From assembly GCA_014799845.1 (NCBI GenBank), contig JAAVHF010000050.1, forward strand, positions 1,935-65,934: DNA of 64,000 nucleotides. Reading direction: 5' to 3'. This document shows positions 54,979-63,762 of the stretch, piece by piece. A program made the position numbers and the translations under genes. Numbering within the stretch: position 1 is the first letter of the stretch; every line of letters begins with the position of its first letter. Under the pieces are notes generated by a model that worked only from the letters and a program-made list of their open reading frames with translations, ran no database searches and was not told the DNA's origin. This DNA is from Oscillibacter sp. GTDB lineage: Bacteria > Bacillota > Clostridia > Oscillospirales > Oscillospiraceae.

Positions 54979-55971
54979 ATGAGCAAAGAGAAGGTATACC
55001 GGCTGCTGCATGAGTGCCCGGACGGATATGTCTCCGGCCAGGAGCTCAGCCGCCGCCTGGGCGTCAGCAGGGCCGCCGTCTGGAAGGCCATCGACAGCCT
55101 GCGCCGGGACGGCTACGGCATCGACGCCCGCACAGGCCTGGGCTACCGCCTGACCTCCGTGCCGGACGCCCTGTCAGAGCGGGAGATCCAGCGCTGCCTT
55201 TCCGCCGGGACCGTCTGCTCCTCCCTGCGGTGCTTCGAGGAGATCGACTCCACCAACTCCTACCTCAAACGGGAAGCCCTTTCCGGCGCGCCCCACGGCA
55301 CGGTCGCGGCGGCCAACTGCCAGAGCGCCGGACGGGGCCGCATGACCCGCTCCTTCCAGTCCCCTCCCGGCAAGGGAGTCTACCTCTCCGTCCTGCTGCG
55401 GCCCCGGCTGTCTCCCAACGACCTGATGGGCGTGACGGGCATGACCGCCGTCGCCGTCTGCAGCGCCGTAGAACGGGTCTCCGGCATCCGGCCCGGGATC
55501 AAGTGGACCAACGACCTGGTGCTGAACGGAAAAAAGATCTGCGGCATCCTTACGGAAATGGCTATTGAAAGCGAGACGGGTATGACCCAGTCCCTGGTCA
55601 TCGGCGCAGGGGTCAACGTCAGCCACACCCCGGAGGATTTCGGCCCGGAGGTATCGAAAATGGCGACCTCCCTGGCTCAGGAGGGCTGTCCGGTCTCCCG
55701 CGCCGCCCTGGCGGCGGCCATGATCGAGGAGCTGTACCGGCTCTCCGGCGCCCTTGGCGGCGATATCAGCGCCTGGGTGGACGCCTACCGCCGGGACTGC
55801 GTGAATCTCGGGAAAACAGTGCAGCTTCTGTGGACGGACCACCGGACTGAGGCGGTGGCCGAGGACATAGACGATCAATTCGGCCTTATCGTCCGCCTGC
55901 CCGACGGCAGCAAAACCACCGTGCGCACCGGCGAGGTGTCCGTCCGGGGATTATATGGGTATGTGGAGTAG
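54979..55971 (+). CDS. birA: bifunctional biotin--[acetyl-CoA-carboxylase] ligase / biotin operon repressor
   Basis: The N-terminal wHTH is YVSGQELSRRLGVSRAAVWKAIDSLRRDGYGI. The ligase motifs are QSAGRGRMTRSF and KWTNDLV..KKICGILTE. Confidence 0.9.
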   Translation: MSKEKVYRLLHECPDGYVSGQELSRRLGVSRAAVWKAIDSLRRDGYGIDARTGLGYRLTSVPDALSEREIQRCLSAGTVCSSLRCFEEIDSTNSYLKREALSGAPHGTVAAANCQSAGRGRMTRSFQSPPGKGVYLSVLLRPRLSPNDLMGVTGMTAVAVCSAVERVSGIRPGIKWTNDLVLNGKKICGILTEMAIESETGMTQSLVIGAGVNVSHTPEDFGPEVSKMATSLAQEGCPVSRAALAAAMIEELYRLSGALGGDISAWVDAYRRDCVNLGKTVQLLWTDHRTEAVAEDIDDQFGLIVRLPDGSKTTVRTGEVSVRGLYGYVE

Positions 55972-55977
55972 AGAGAC

Positions 55978-57090
55978 ATGAGAAAGAAACCCAAAAACAT
56001 TTATCACGCCTACCGGGGCAAGTCCCGGAAGAAAACCGTTCTCTGGGTACTGGCAGCGGCGGCGGGCCTTGTACTGATATTTTTATTGGCGGCCTTCCTC
56101 CTGTTCCGGCAGGAGCTGGCCATCACGGGGACCATCCGGCCCCTCGGCGACGGCTCCCCCGCCTGGTTCATGGAGGTGAAGGGAGATTACCATTTCGAGG
56201 AATTTCTGTCCCAGGGCGGCGCTTCCTCCGATATGGAGGTCAGCGTTTTTCTGTCCAGAAAGATTTCCAAGGGATTTTACACCGCCCCGGTGGGAGACTA
56301 CCGGGAGGGATGCAGCGTTTTGAGCGCTCAGAGCGCGGACGGGTCCCACATTTGGGGCCGGAACTACGACTGGACGGATTCCGTGCCTATCATCGTGCGG
56401 CATATTCCAAAGGATGGCTATACCTCCCTGTCCACCTGCGACTTCCGGAATATCACCGGAAGCGGGAAGACTTCGCCGGAGGGCATGGCAAACCAGATGC
56501 TGTCCATCGCCGCCCTGTATGTGCCTCTGGACGGCGTAAACGAGGCGGGATTGTGCGTGGCGGACCTGGAGGTCAACGAGGGCGGTATGCCCGACCCCGA
56601 CACGGAGAAGCCCGACCTGACCGTCACCACCGCCATCCGCCTGCTGCTGGACAGGGCCGCCACGGTGGACGAGGCCCTGGCGCTGCTGGAGCAGTACGAC
56701 GTCCACCCCTCCGGCGGCATCAGCCACCATCTGGCGATTTCCGACGCGGCGTGCAATTCCGTCTGCGTGGAGTTCACCAGGGACGGCTTTACCGCCGTGG
56801 ACGCCGCCGCCGTGACCAACTTCAATCTGGCGAACGGCGACACATCCGCCGGAGGCGGGAGCGCCGAAGAGCGGTACAATTACCTGATGGGCCTTCTCCC
56901 CGGCGGCGCCGCGTCAACTGCTGAGGATGTGAAAAACGCCATGTCCCACGTGGCCCAGTTTGATACCGGCTGGATCACCCAGTGGTCCATGATCTATGCC
57001 CAGAGCGAGTCCTGCGTCACCTGGTATTTTGACGGAGATTTCAGCCGCGGCGTGACGCTGCCGGTCCTGCCGGACAGCCACAGCCGCTGA
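55978..57090 (+). CDS. membrane-anchored Ntn-hydrolase superfamily protein (peptidase C45 / choloylglycine-hydrolase-like) with an internal Gly-Cys processing site
   Basis: The TM is VLWVLAAAAGLVLIFLLAAFLLF. REG-CSVLSA (Cys112) is followed by GRNYDW, which resembles the autoproteolytic nucleophile context of this superfamily. Confidence 0.6.
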   Translation: MRKKPKNIYHAYRGKSRKKTVLWVLAAAAGLVLIFLLAAFLLFRQELAITGTIRPLGDGSPAWFMEVKGDYHFEEFLSQGGASSDMEVSVFLSRKISKGFYTAPVGDYREGCSVLSAQSADGSHIWGRNYDWTDSVPIIVRHIPKDGYTSLSTCDFRNITGSGKTSPEGMANQMLSIAALYVPLDGVNEAGLCVADLEVNEGGMPDPDTEKPDLTVTTAIRLLLDRAATVDEALALLEQYDVHPSGGISHHLAISDAACNSVCVEFTRDGFTAVDAAAVTNFNLANGDTSAGGGSAEERYNYLMGLLPGGAASTAEDVKNAMSHVAQFDTGWITQWSMIYAQSESCVTWYFDGDFSRGVTLPVLPDSHSR

Positions 57091-57115
57091 TTTGAAAATG
57101 GAAAGAAGGACAACT

Positions 57116-57655
57116 ATGAACATCTACCCCGACCTATTCCTCACCTTTGCCAAGGTGGGGGTCATGACCTTCGGCGGCGGCTACGCCATGCTGCCCATCC
57201 TCCAGCGGGAGGTGGTGGACAACAAAGGCTGGGCCACCGAGGAGGAGCTGATGGACTATTTTGCCATCGGCCAGTGTACGCCCGGCATCATCGCGGTCAA
57301 TACCGCCACCTTCATCGGTCAGAAAAACAAGGGCATTGCGGGCGGCATCCTGGCTACCCTGGGCGTGGTGTTTCCGTCGCTGGTCATCATCTCCCTGCTG
57401 GCGGGCGTCATTACCACCTTCTCCCATCTGGCCTGGGTGCAGCACGCCTTCGGCGGCATCCGGGTGTGCGTGTGCATTTTGATCCTGAACGCAGTGGCCA
57501 AGCTGCTGAAAAAGGCGGTCATCGACGTGCCTACGGCGGTCATTTTCTTTGTTGTAGCTTTTGGCAGCTACTTTACCTCCCTCAGTCCGGTGCTCTTCAT
57601 TGTGCTTGCCGCCCTTGCCGGCATTGTGCTGAAGAATATGGGGGTGAGGAAATGA
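57116..57655 (+). CDS. chrA: chromate-ion-transporter (CHR) family protein, first half-size subunit
   Basis: FLTFAKVGVMTFGGGYAMLPIL..EVV....W....E..DYFAIGQCTPG is the CHR signature. The start is chosen at MNIY (ATG 57116). Confidence 0.8.
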   Translation: MNIYPDLFLTFAKVGVMTFGGGYAMLPILQREVVDNKGWATEEELMDYFAIGQCTPGIIAVNTATFIGQKNKGIAGGILATLGVVFPSLVIISLLAGVITTFSHLAWVQHAFGGIRVCVCILILNAVAKLLKKAVIDVPTAVIFFVVAFGSYFTSLSPVLFIVLAALAGIVLKNMGVRK

Positions 57656-58266
57656 TGCTGTATCTGCGCCTGTTTTACGAATTTTTTAAAACCGGCCTTT
57701 TCGCTGTGGGCGGCGGCATGGCCACCATCCCCTTCCTCTATGACATGGCCGACAAATACCCCGACTGGTTCACCCGCAACGACGTAGCCAACATGATCGC
57801 CGTGGGCGAATCCACCCCCGGCCCTATCGGCGTGAACATGGCTACCTACGTGGGTTATATCACCGGCGGCAGCATGGGCGGACTGCCCTGCGCCATTCTG
57901 GGCGCGGTGATCGCCACGCTGGGCCTGGTCACGCCGTCCATTATCGTGATCCTGATCATCGCCTCCTTCCTCAAGAGCTTCCGGGACAACCGGTACGTGG
58001 ACAGCGCCTTCTACGGCCTGCGGCCCGCGTCCACAGGGCTCATCGCGGCGGCGGGACTGTCGGTGGTCATGAGCAACCTGTTCTTTGCCGACGCGCTGGG
58101 GCGGCCGCTGGGCCAGGGGTCCATTCTGGACTGCATCAACTGGAAGGGCTGGGTGCTGGCCGCCGCGTTGTGGATTCTGACCAATCAGGTAAAGCAAACC
58201 AGGAAACTGCATCCTATTTTGTTCATCCTGGCCTCCGCCGTGGTGGGCATTCTGTGGGGCATGTAA
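57652..58266 (+). CDS. chrA: chromate-ion-transporter (CHR) family protein, second half-size subunit
   Basis: FFKTGLFAVGGGMATIPFL...MIAVGESTPGPIGVN is present. Its start overlaps the previous stop. Confidence 0.8.
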   Translation: MMLYLRLFYEFFKTGLFAVGGGMATIPFLYDMADKYPDWFTRNDVANMIAVGESTPGPIGVNMATYVGYITGGSMGGLPCAILGAVIATLGLVTPSIIVILIIASFLKSFRDNRYVDSAFYGLRPASTGLIAAAGLSVVMSNLFFADALGRPLGQGSILDCINWKGWVLAAALWILTNQVKQTRKLHPILFILASAVVGILWGM

Positions 58267-58288
58267 GGCGCGGCAGCGATTTATCATT

Positions 58289-58327
58289 GTATATAGCTTC
58301 CGAATTTTAAATTCGGAAGCTATATAC
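58289..58327. repeat. perfect 39-nt palindrome (19-bp arms); likely a terminator-like hairpin or a protein-binding site
   Basis: gtatatagcttccgaattt-t-aaattcggaagctatatac. It begins 23 nt after the chrA stop. Confidence 0.6.
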
Positions 58328-58401
58328 GCCATGTTTTGCGGTTACCGCCCGCGGCGGCGGGCAAAACGGCTTAAATCAAATAATAAAACGTCAGGTGGTG
58401 G

Positions 58402-61400
58402 ATGACCATGCAGGACCGGAACTACGAAAAAATACTGGACGCCATGCAGGATACGGGGATCTATGTCATTCGGGAGGATGACCATCGGCTCCTGTATCTG
58501 AATCACCGCGTACAAAAGGTCACGCCGGAGGCCCGGCCGGGTATGGTCTGCCACGCGTTGTGGCCTGAATCCTGCCCCAACTGCCCGCTGCTGACCATCG
58601 GCAGCCACTCGGAGAGCCGTTCCGTCAGCTACAGCAGCCCCTTCGGCCGGGTGGTGGACATCACGGCCTCCCGGATCATCTGGGGGGAAGACACCCCCGC
58701 CTTTGTCATCACGCTGACACCCCACATGGAGGCCTCCAGCTATATTTACCATCGCCTCATCCGGGCGGATCTGACTCAGGACACCTATGAGGTCGTGCGC
58801 CTGGGGCAGGAGGAGGAGGACTGGGCCCGCGGCCGCGCGGAGCCTCTGTCCGCCTGGCTGGAGCGCTCTATCCGGTTCGGGCGGCTGCACCCGGAGGACG
58901 TGGAGCGCTTCCGGGCGTTCATTCAGCTGGATCACCTGCGCGAAGAACTGCGCGCAGGGAAAAAAATACTGACCTGTACCTACCGCCGCTGGGTCGACGG
59001 AAGCTTCCACTGGAACCTGCTGGAGGTCGTGCCCGACTTTGGTTATGCGGACGACCGCCAGCGGGTGCTGCTGTACGCAAAGGACGTCCACGATGTCCTC
59101 CGCGAGGGCCTGGAGCGGGAGGACAGCAGCATCCGCCGCCAGGAGATCATCCGCGCCCTGGGCGAACAGAATTTCAGCATCTATGTCATCGACCTGGATA
59201 CCGGTCTGGCGGACCCCGTCCGGGTGGAGGGCCAGATGCAGCGGATGGAGGGCAATCATCTCCTGGATTGGGAGACGGAACTGCGGCCCCAGCTTCAGGC
59301 GCAGCTCCACTGGGAATATCAGAAACACTTCCAGCAGCTGTTCTCTCTGTCCAGCCTCCGCCGGACCAGCGGCGCGGCGGAGCCCCGTGTGGAACTGCTC
59401 TGCCAGAGGACCACTGACGGCGAGCATTTCAGCTACATATCCATCAACGCCTGCTTCAACCAGGAGCGGGAGCACCGGCGGTACGTGGTACTGGCTCTCC
59501 AGGATACCGATGACCGCGTCCGGCTGGAGCTGGAGCGCAGCCAGTGGGACATGCAGATGGCCGCCATCCTGAAATGCCGGTACTCCGCCATGAATACCAT
59601 CCATATGGACACGGGCCTCTGCGAGCGCATCGACCTGCGGCAGGCCGCCAGCACCCGCGACTCCCAGTCTGACGACTACGCCCTGCATATGGAGCGCGCT
59701 CTGCGGGATCTGGTCTGCGAGGAGGACGCCGAAGCCTTCCGCCATACCATGTCCCTTGACCATATCCGGCAGAAGGCGCTGGAGGTTGAGGCCTACGCGG
59801 AGGAGGTCTGCCAGTACCGCACCAAAGAGGACCCGCCCCGCTGGCTGGAGCAGCACGTGGTCTACAGCCGCCAGGCCGGCCAGGTCATGGTAAACATCCT
59901 TGGCCGGGATGTCACTGCGGAAAAGGCCCGGGAAGCGGTCCGCCAGGAGCAGGACCAGGAAAAGCTGGACATCATCCGCAGTCTCAGCGGTCTGTTTTTT
60001 GCCACCTATTATGTGGATCTGCGCAGCGATACCTTCCAGAGCGTCACGCAGCTGCGGGAAGTAGGCGAATTTCTGGGCCAGCGCGCCCGGTATACCGCCG
60101 GCATCCGGGCCTATGCGGAACAATTTATCCATCCCGATGACCACGCGGAATATCTGGAAGCCATGTCCGTGGAAAATCTGCGAAACCGGCTCGGTTCCGA
60201 GCGGCCCTATCTGGCCGTGGAGTACCGCAAGCTCCCGCCGGATGGCGGCCGGAACGCGCCGCCGGATGTCTGCGGCTGGATCCGCGCCACGGCGGTGCTG
60301 ATCCGGACGGATGAGGCGGGACGCCCCGTCACCGTCCTCTATGCCGCCCAGGACGTCACCGAGACCAAGCAGAAGGAGGCACGGGAACACCGCGCCCTTC
60401 TGGACGCCTACCAGGCCGCCAACCACGCCAACGCCGCCAAGAGCGACTTCCTCTCCCGCATGAGCCACGACATCCGCACCCCCATGAACGGCATCATGGG
60501 CATGACGGATATCGCCATATCCCGTATCAATGACCGGGAGCGGGTGCTGGACTGTCTGAAGAAAATCTCTATCGCCAGCCGCCATCTGCTGAGTCTGGTC
60601 AACGAGGTGCTGGACATGAGCCAGATCGAGTCCGGCAAGATCGATCTGGCGGAAGACCGCTTCCTGATTTCGGACATGGTGCAGGAGCTGGCGGTGATCC
60701 TCCGCTCCCCCATCCAGGAGAAGGGCCACGAGCTGCGCATCTCTCTGGACGTGGAGCACGAGGCCGTGCTGGGAGATTCCACCCGCCTGCGGCAGGTCTT
60801 TGTCAACATCCTGGGCAACAGCGTCAAGTACACGCCTCCCGGCGGCCTTCTGGAGGTCATGGTCCGGGAGAAGGAATCCCGGGAGCACGGCTACGGCTGC
60901 TACAGCTTCGTCTTCCGGGACAACGGCATCGGCATGGACGAGGCGTTCGTCAAACGGATCTTCGAGCCCTTCAGCCGCGCGGAGGACTCCCGTACCGGCG
61001 CGGTCGAGGGCACCGGACTGGGCATGACCATCGCTCAGAACCTCGTGCGGATGATCGGCGGGGACATTTCCGTCAAGAGCCAGCCCAACGCGGGCTCCCA
61101 ATTCACGGTCACCCTCTTCCTGAAGCAGCAGCCCGACGAAGGAGACTCCGCCGCCGTTCCGGCCCCGCAGCAGATTTCCCTCGCGGGCCGCCGCTTCCTG
61201 CTGGTGGAGGACAACGAACTCAACCGCGAGATCGCCAGCGAGCTTCTTCAGGATGCCGGCGCGGTGATCGAGTGCGCGGAGAACGGCCAGGAGGCCCTGG
61301 ACCTCTTTACGGAAATGCGTCCGGGCTACTACGATCTGATTCTCATGGACATCCAGATGCCCGTCATGAACGGCTATGCCGCCACCCAGGCGATCCGGAA

Positions 61401-61578
61401 TCTCCCCCGCCCGGACGCGGCTTCCATTCCCATCATCGCCATGTCCGCCAACGCCTTTGCCGAGGATATCAGCGCCAGCCGCGCGGCGGGCATGAACGAG
61501 CATATCACCAAGCCCCTGGAAATCCCCCGCCTGATGGAATGCCTGGACCACTGGCTCAATCAGACTGTCCCGCAATAA
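58402..61578 (+). CDS. soluble hybrid sensor histidine kinase / response regulator with multiple PAS-like modules
   Basis: The H-box is FLSRMSHDIRTPMNGIMGM. The N/G boxes are NILGNSVKYT, DNGIGM, GTGLGM. The receiver is LLVEDNELNREI...DLILMDIQMPVMNG...KP. There is no TM segment. Confidence 0.9.
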   Translation: MTMQDRNYEKILDAMQDTGIYVIREDDHRLLYLNHRVQKVTPEARPGMVCHALWPESCPNCPLLTIGSHSESRSVSYSSPFGRVVDITASRIIWGEDTPAFVITLTPHMEASSYIYHRLIRADLTQDTYEVVRLGQEEEDWARGRAEPLSAWLERSIRFGRLHPEDVERFRAFIQLDHLREELRAGKKILTCTYRRWVDGSFHWNLLEVVPDFGYADDRQRVLLYAKDVHDVLREGLEREDSSIRRQEIIRALGEQNFSIYVIDLDTGLADPVRVEGQMQRMEGNHLLDWETELRPQLQAQLHWEYQKHFQQLFSLSSLRRTSGAAEPRVELLCQRTTDGEHFSYISINACFNQEREHRRYVVLALQDTDDRVRLELERSQWDMQMAAILKCRYSAMNTIHMDTGLCERIDLRQAASTRDSQSDDYALHMERALRDLVCEEDAEAFRHTMSLDHIRQKALEVEAYAEEVCQYRTKEDPPRWLEQHVVYSRQAGQVMVNILGRDVTAEKAREAVRQEQDQEKLDIIRSLSGLFFATYYVDLRSDTFQSVTQLREVGEFLGQRARYTAGIRAYAEQFIHPDDHAEYLEAMSVENLRNRLGSERPYLAVEYRKLPPDGGRNAPPDVCGWIRATAVLIRTDEAGRPVTVLYAAQDVTETKQKEAREHRALLDAYQAANHANAAKSDFLSRMSHDIRTPMNGIMGMTDIAISRINDRERVLDCLKKISIASRHLLSLVNEVLDMSQIESGKIDLAEDRFLISDMVQELAVILRSPIQEKGHELRISLDVEHEAVLGDSTRLRQVFVNILGNSVKYTPPGGLLEVMVREKESREHGYGCYSFVFRDNGIGMDEAFVKRIFEPFSRAEDSRTGAVEGTGLGMTIAQNLVRMIGGDISVKSQPNAGSQFTVTLFLKQQPDEGDSAAVPAPQQISLAGRRFLLVEDNELNREIASELLQDAGAVIECAENGQEALDLFTEMRPGYYDLILMDIQMPVMNGYAATQAIRNLPRPDAASIPIIAMSANAFAEDISASRAAGMNEHITKPLEIPRLMECLDHWLNQTVPQ

Positions 61579-61580
61579 AG

Positions 61581-61613
61581 GAAAAGGACCAGCCGGATCG
61601 GCTGGTCCTTTTC
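61581..61613. terminator. bidirectional rho-independent terminator between convergent genes
   Basis: The 15-bp stem is gaaaaggaccagccg / cggctggtccttttc with loop gat. It has A-runs and T-runs on both sides. Confidence 0.75.
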
Positions 61614-61634
61614 CTATGTCTGCTCCGGTTTGTA

Positions 61635-62744
61635 TCAGCAATACTTTTTCACAATTGCCGCCAACTCGTCCCAGTGGTCCTCCATATCGCTGACCAGCTT
61701 GCACTGGGTGCGGCAGCGGTCCAGATTCTGCTTCTCCCGGCTGATATGGAAGTACACGTCCCCTTCCAGATAATCGGTCAGGAACCGGATGCCGCACTCC
61801 AGAGTCATCAGCTTCGCGCCCCAGGGGAGATACTCGATCTCCGCTGCCGTCAGCGTGCCGCCCGCCCCCTCCAGAAACGCCTGGGTGTAAACCTCAAAGA
61901 GGCCGACGTCCAGATTGACCCTGCTCAGGTCCGTCTCGTCCTCGGCGCTGTGGTTGGCCCCGAAGCGGATGGAGTCGCCGAAATCATTGATGGCCAGCCC
62001 CGGCATGACGGTGTCCAGGTCAATGATGCAGACGCCCTCGCCGGTGGTTTTGTCCATGAGGACGTTGTTGAGCTTGGTGTCATTGTGGGTGACCCGCAGG
62101 GGCAGGACGCCGTCCCGGAGGGCCTGCAGGGCCGCGGAGCAGTCCTTCTCCCGGGCCAGCATGAAGTCGATCTCCGCCCTGCACTCCGCCGCCCGGCCCA
62201 GTTTGTCCGCCGCCACGGCGGCCTTCAGCTTTGCCAGACGGTCCTCGGTGTCGTGGAAGCGGGGAATAGTCTCATGCAGCGTCTGGGCGGGATAGCTCTG
62301 CAAAAGCCGCTGGAAACGGCCGAAGGCCCGGCCGGAAGCCGCGAACAGCTCCGGCGTTTCCGCCGCCTGACAGCAGACGGTGTCCTCCACAAAGGGGTAC
62401 AGCCGCCAGGCCCCGCCGTCCCGGTCGGTGTAGTAGGCCCCGCCGTCCCGGGGCCGGATGACCCGCAGGGCCTCACGGTCCCGGTCGCCGCCGTTTCTCT
62501 CGATCTCGCGGCCCAGGTACTCCGTCACGCCGATGACGTTCTCCATCAGCTGGTCGGGCCGCTTGAAGGCGGCGGCGCTCATGCGCTGGAGAATGAACCG
62601 CCGGCAGCAGCGGTCCTCCGGCTGGGTATGTACCACAAAGGTATCGTTGATGTGGCCCTGTCCGAAACGGACCGCGCCCACCACCGGCACGCCGAAGTCA
62701 AACGCCCCCAGGACTTCATCCAGATATGCTTCCGCTTTTCCCAT
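61635..62744 (-). CDS. anomeric sugar kinase of the aminoglycoside-phosphotransferase fold (N-acetylhexosamine 1-kinase NahK / AmgK-like)
   Basis: Motifs: GHINDTFVV, FILQRMS, catalytic loop THNDTKLNNVLMD (HxDxxxxN), IDLDTVMPG. The start at MGKAEA (ATG 62744) overlaps the upstream stop. Confidence 0.65.
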   Translation of the reverse strand: MGKAEAYLDEVLGAFDFGVPVVGAVRFGQGHINDTFVVHTQPEDRCCRRFILQRMSAAAFKRPDQLMENVIGVTEYLGREIERNGGDRDREALRVIRPRDGGAYYTDRDGGAWRLYPFVEDTVCCQAAETPELFAASGRAFGRFQRLLQSYPAQTLHETIPRFHDTEDRLAKLKAAVAADKLGRAAECRAEIDFMLAREKDCSAALQALRDGVLPLRVTHNDTKLNNVLMDKTTGEGVCIIDLDTVMPGLAINDFGDSIRFGANHSAEDETDLSRVNLDVGLFEVYTQAFLEGAGGTLTAAEIEYLPWGAKLMTLECGIRFLTDYLEGDVYFHISREKQNLDRCRTQCKLVSDMEDHWDELAAIVKKYC

Positions 62745-63670
62745 CACTTTGCCTCCCACAGCCGGTCAGGGTAGAGCCCCGACGCGGTCTTTTCCGCAAT
62801 GGCCGCCTCTACCATGGGCTTATCCGCCCGGTAGGTGACGCCATACCACTTGTCCGCGCTGCGCAGGACCTTCACCCTGGCCTTGCCCTCGTCGATGAGC
62901 CAGCTGACCGGGGTGGGCAGGAAATACTCCGCCTTGAGGGGATTCTCCGCCAGGGCTTTGTCCAGGAAACGGGGGAACATGGCCCAGGCCTCGTCCAGGA
63001 AGCTGCGGTTGAAGCCCCACATGTTCATGGAGACGACGGTATCCTCCGGCAGCTCGGTCCAGGTCTGGCCGTCATCCTCGGTGTAGCGGGGGGGCGTGCC
63101 CTTCTCGATCTTGGTGCGCTCGGTGACCTGGGTGAGGAAGTTGTCCTCCGTCTCCTCGCAGACTCCCCGGGCCACGGTTCCGTTCTCGGTGACGGTGTTT
63201 TTCAGCAGATAACCCACCATGGCGTACTCGTACACGTCCCCGTCGGGGTGCTCGCTGAGATAGTTATAAATCACCCGGAAAGCCTCCGGGCCGTAGTAGT
63301 CGTCGGCGTTGATGACGGCGAAAGGACCGTCCACCACGTTCCGCGCGGCCAGCGCCGCCTGGGCAGTGCCCCAGGGCTTGGCGCGCTCCGCCGGAACGGT
63401 GTAGCCCTCCGGAAGGTCCTCCTTTCGCTGGTATACGTACTTCACGTCCACAGCCCCCTCCAGGCGGGCGCCCACCAGGGCCTTGAAATCCGCCTCGATC
63501 TCGGGCTTGATGACAAACACCACCGTCTCGAAGCCCGCGCGGCGGGCGTCGTAAATGGAGTAGTCCAGGATCACCTGCCCGTGGTTCCCCACAGGGTCCA
63601 GCTGCTTGAGCCCGCCGTAACGGCTGCCCATGCCGGCGGCCATGATGACTAAAACAGGTTTCTTGTTCAT
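62744..63670 (-). CDS. sugar-1-phosphate nucleotidylyltransferase (NTP_transferase fold)
   Basis: Motifs: PVLVIMAAGMGSRYGGLKQLDPVG (the G-rich NTP loop), KPWGTAQA, VINADDYYG. The start at MNKKPV (ATG 63670) follows GGAGAGAGG. Confidence 0.75.
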   Translation of the reverse strand: MNKKPVLVIMAAGMGSRYGGLKQLDPVGNHGQVILDYSIYDARRAGFETVVFVIKPEIEADFKALVGARLEGAVDVKYVYQRKEDLPEGYTVPAERAKPWGTAQAALAARNVVDGPFAVINADDYYGPEAFRVIYNYLSEHPDGDVYEYAMVGYLLKNTVTENGTVARGVCEETEDNFLTQVTERTKIEKGTPPRYTEDDGQTWTELPEDTVVSMNMWGFNRSFLDEAWAMFPRFLDKALAENPLKAEYFLPTPVSWLIDEGKARVKVLRSADKWYGVTYRADKPMVEAAIAEKTASGLYPDRLWEAK

Positions 63671-63724
63671 GTTTCCTCTCTCCTTCTTTGTGTGGCAATC
63701 CACAGCTGTATGTTCCTGTAACCT

Positions 63725-63753
63725 ATTGTAGACGCGGGGGGACAAAATGTGAA
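63725..63753 (-). promoter_or_regulatory. possible promoter of the nucleotidylyltransferase-kinase pair
   Basis: The minus strand reads TTCACA, 17 nt, TACAAT. Confidence 0.3.
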
Positions 63754-63762
63754 TAGACGATT

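Noticed and set aside
58342-61797. A 1151-aa minus-strand ORF, longer than any real gene in the window, lying exactly antisense to the hybrid histidine kinase.
   Set aside because: Its translation is low-complexity (Gly/Ala/Arg/Pro/Leu/Val-rich) with no recognisable motif. The plus-strand frame has complete H, N, G and receiver boxes. This is a typical stop-free shadow frame of a high-G+C gene.
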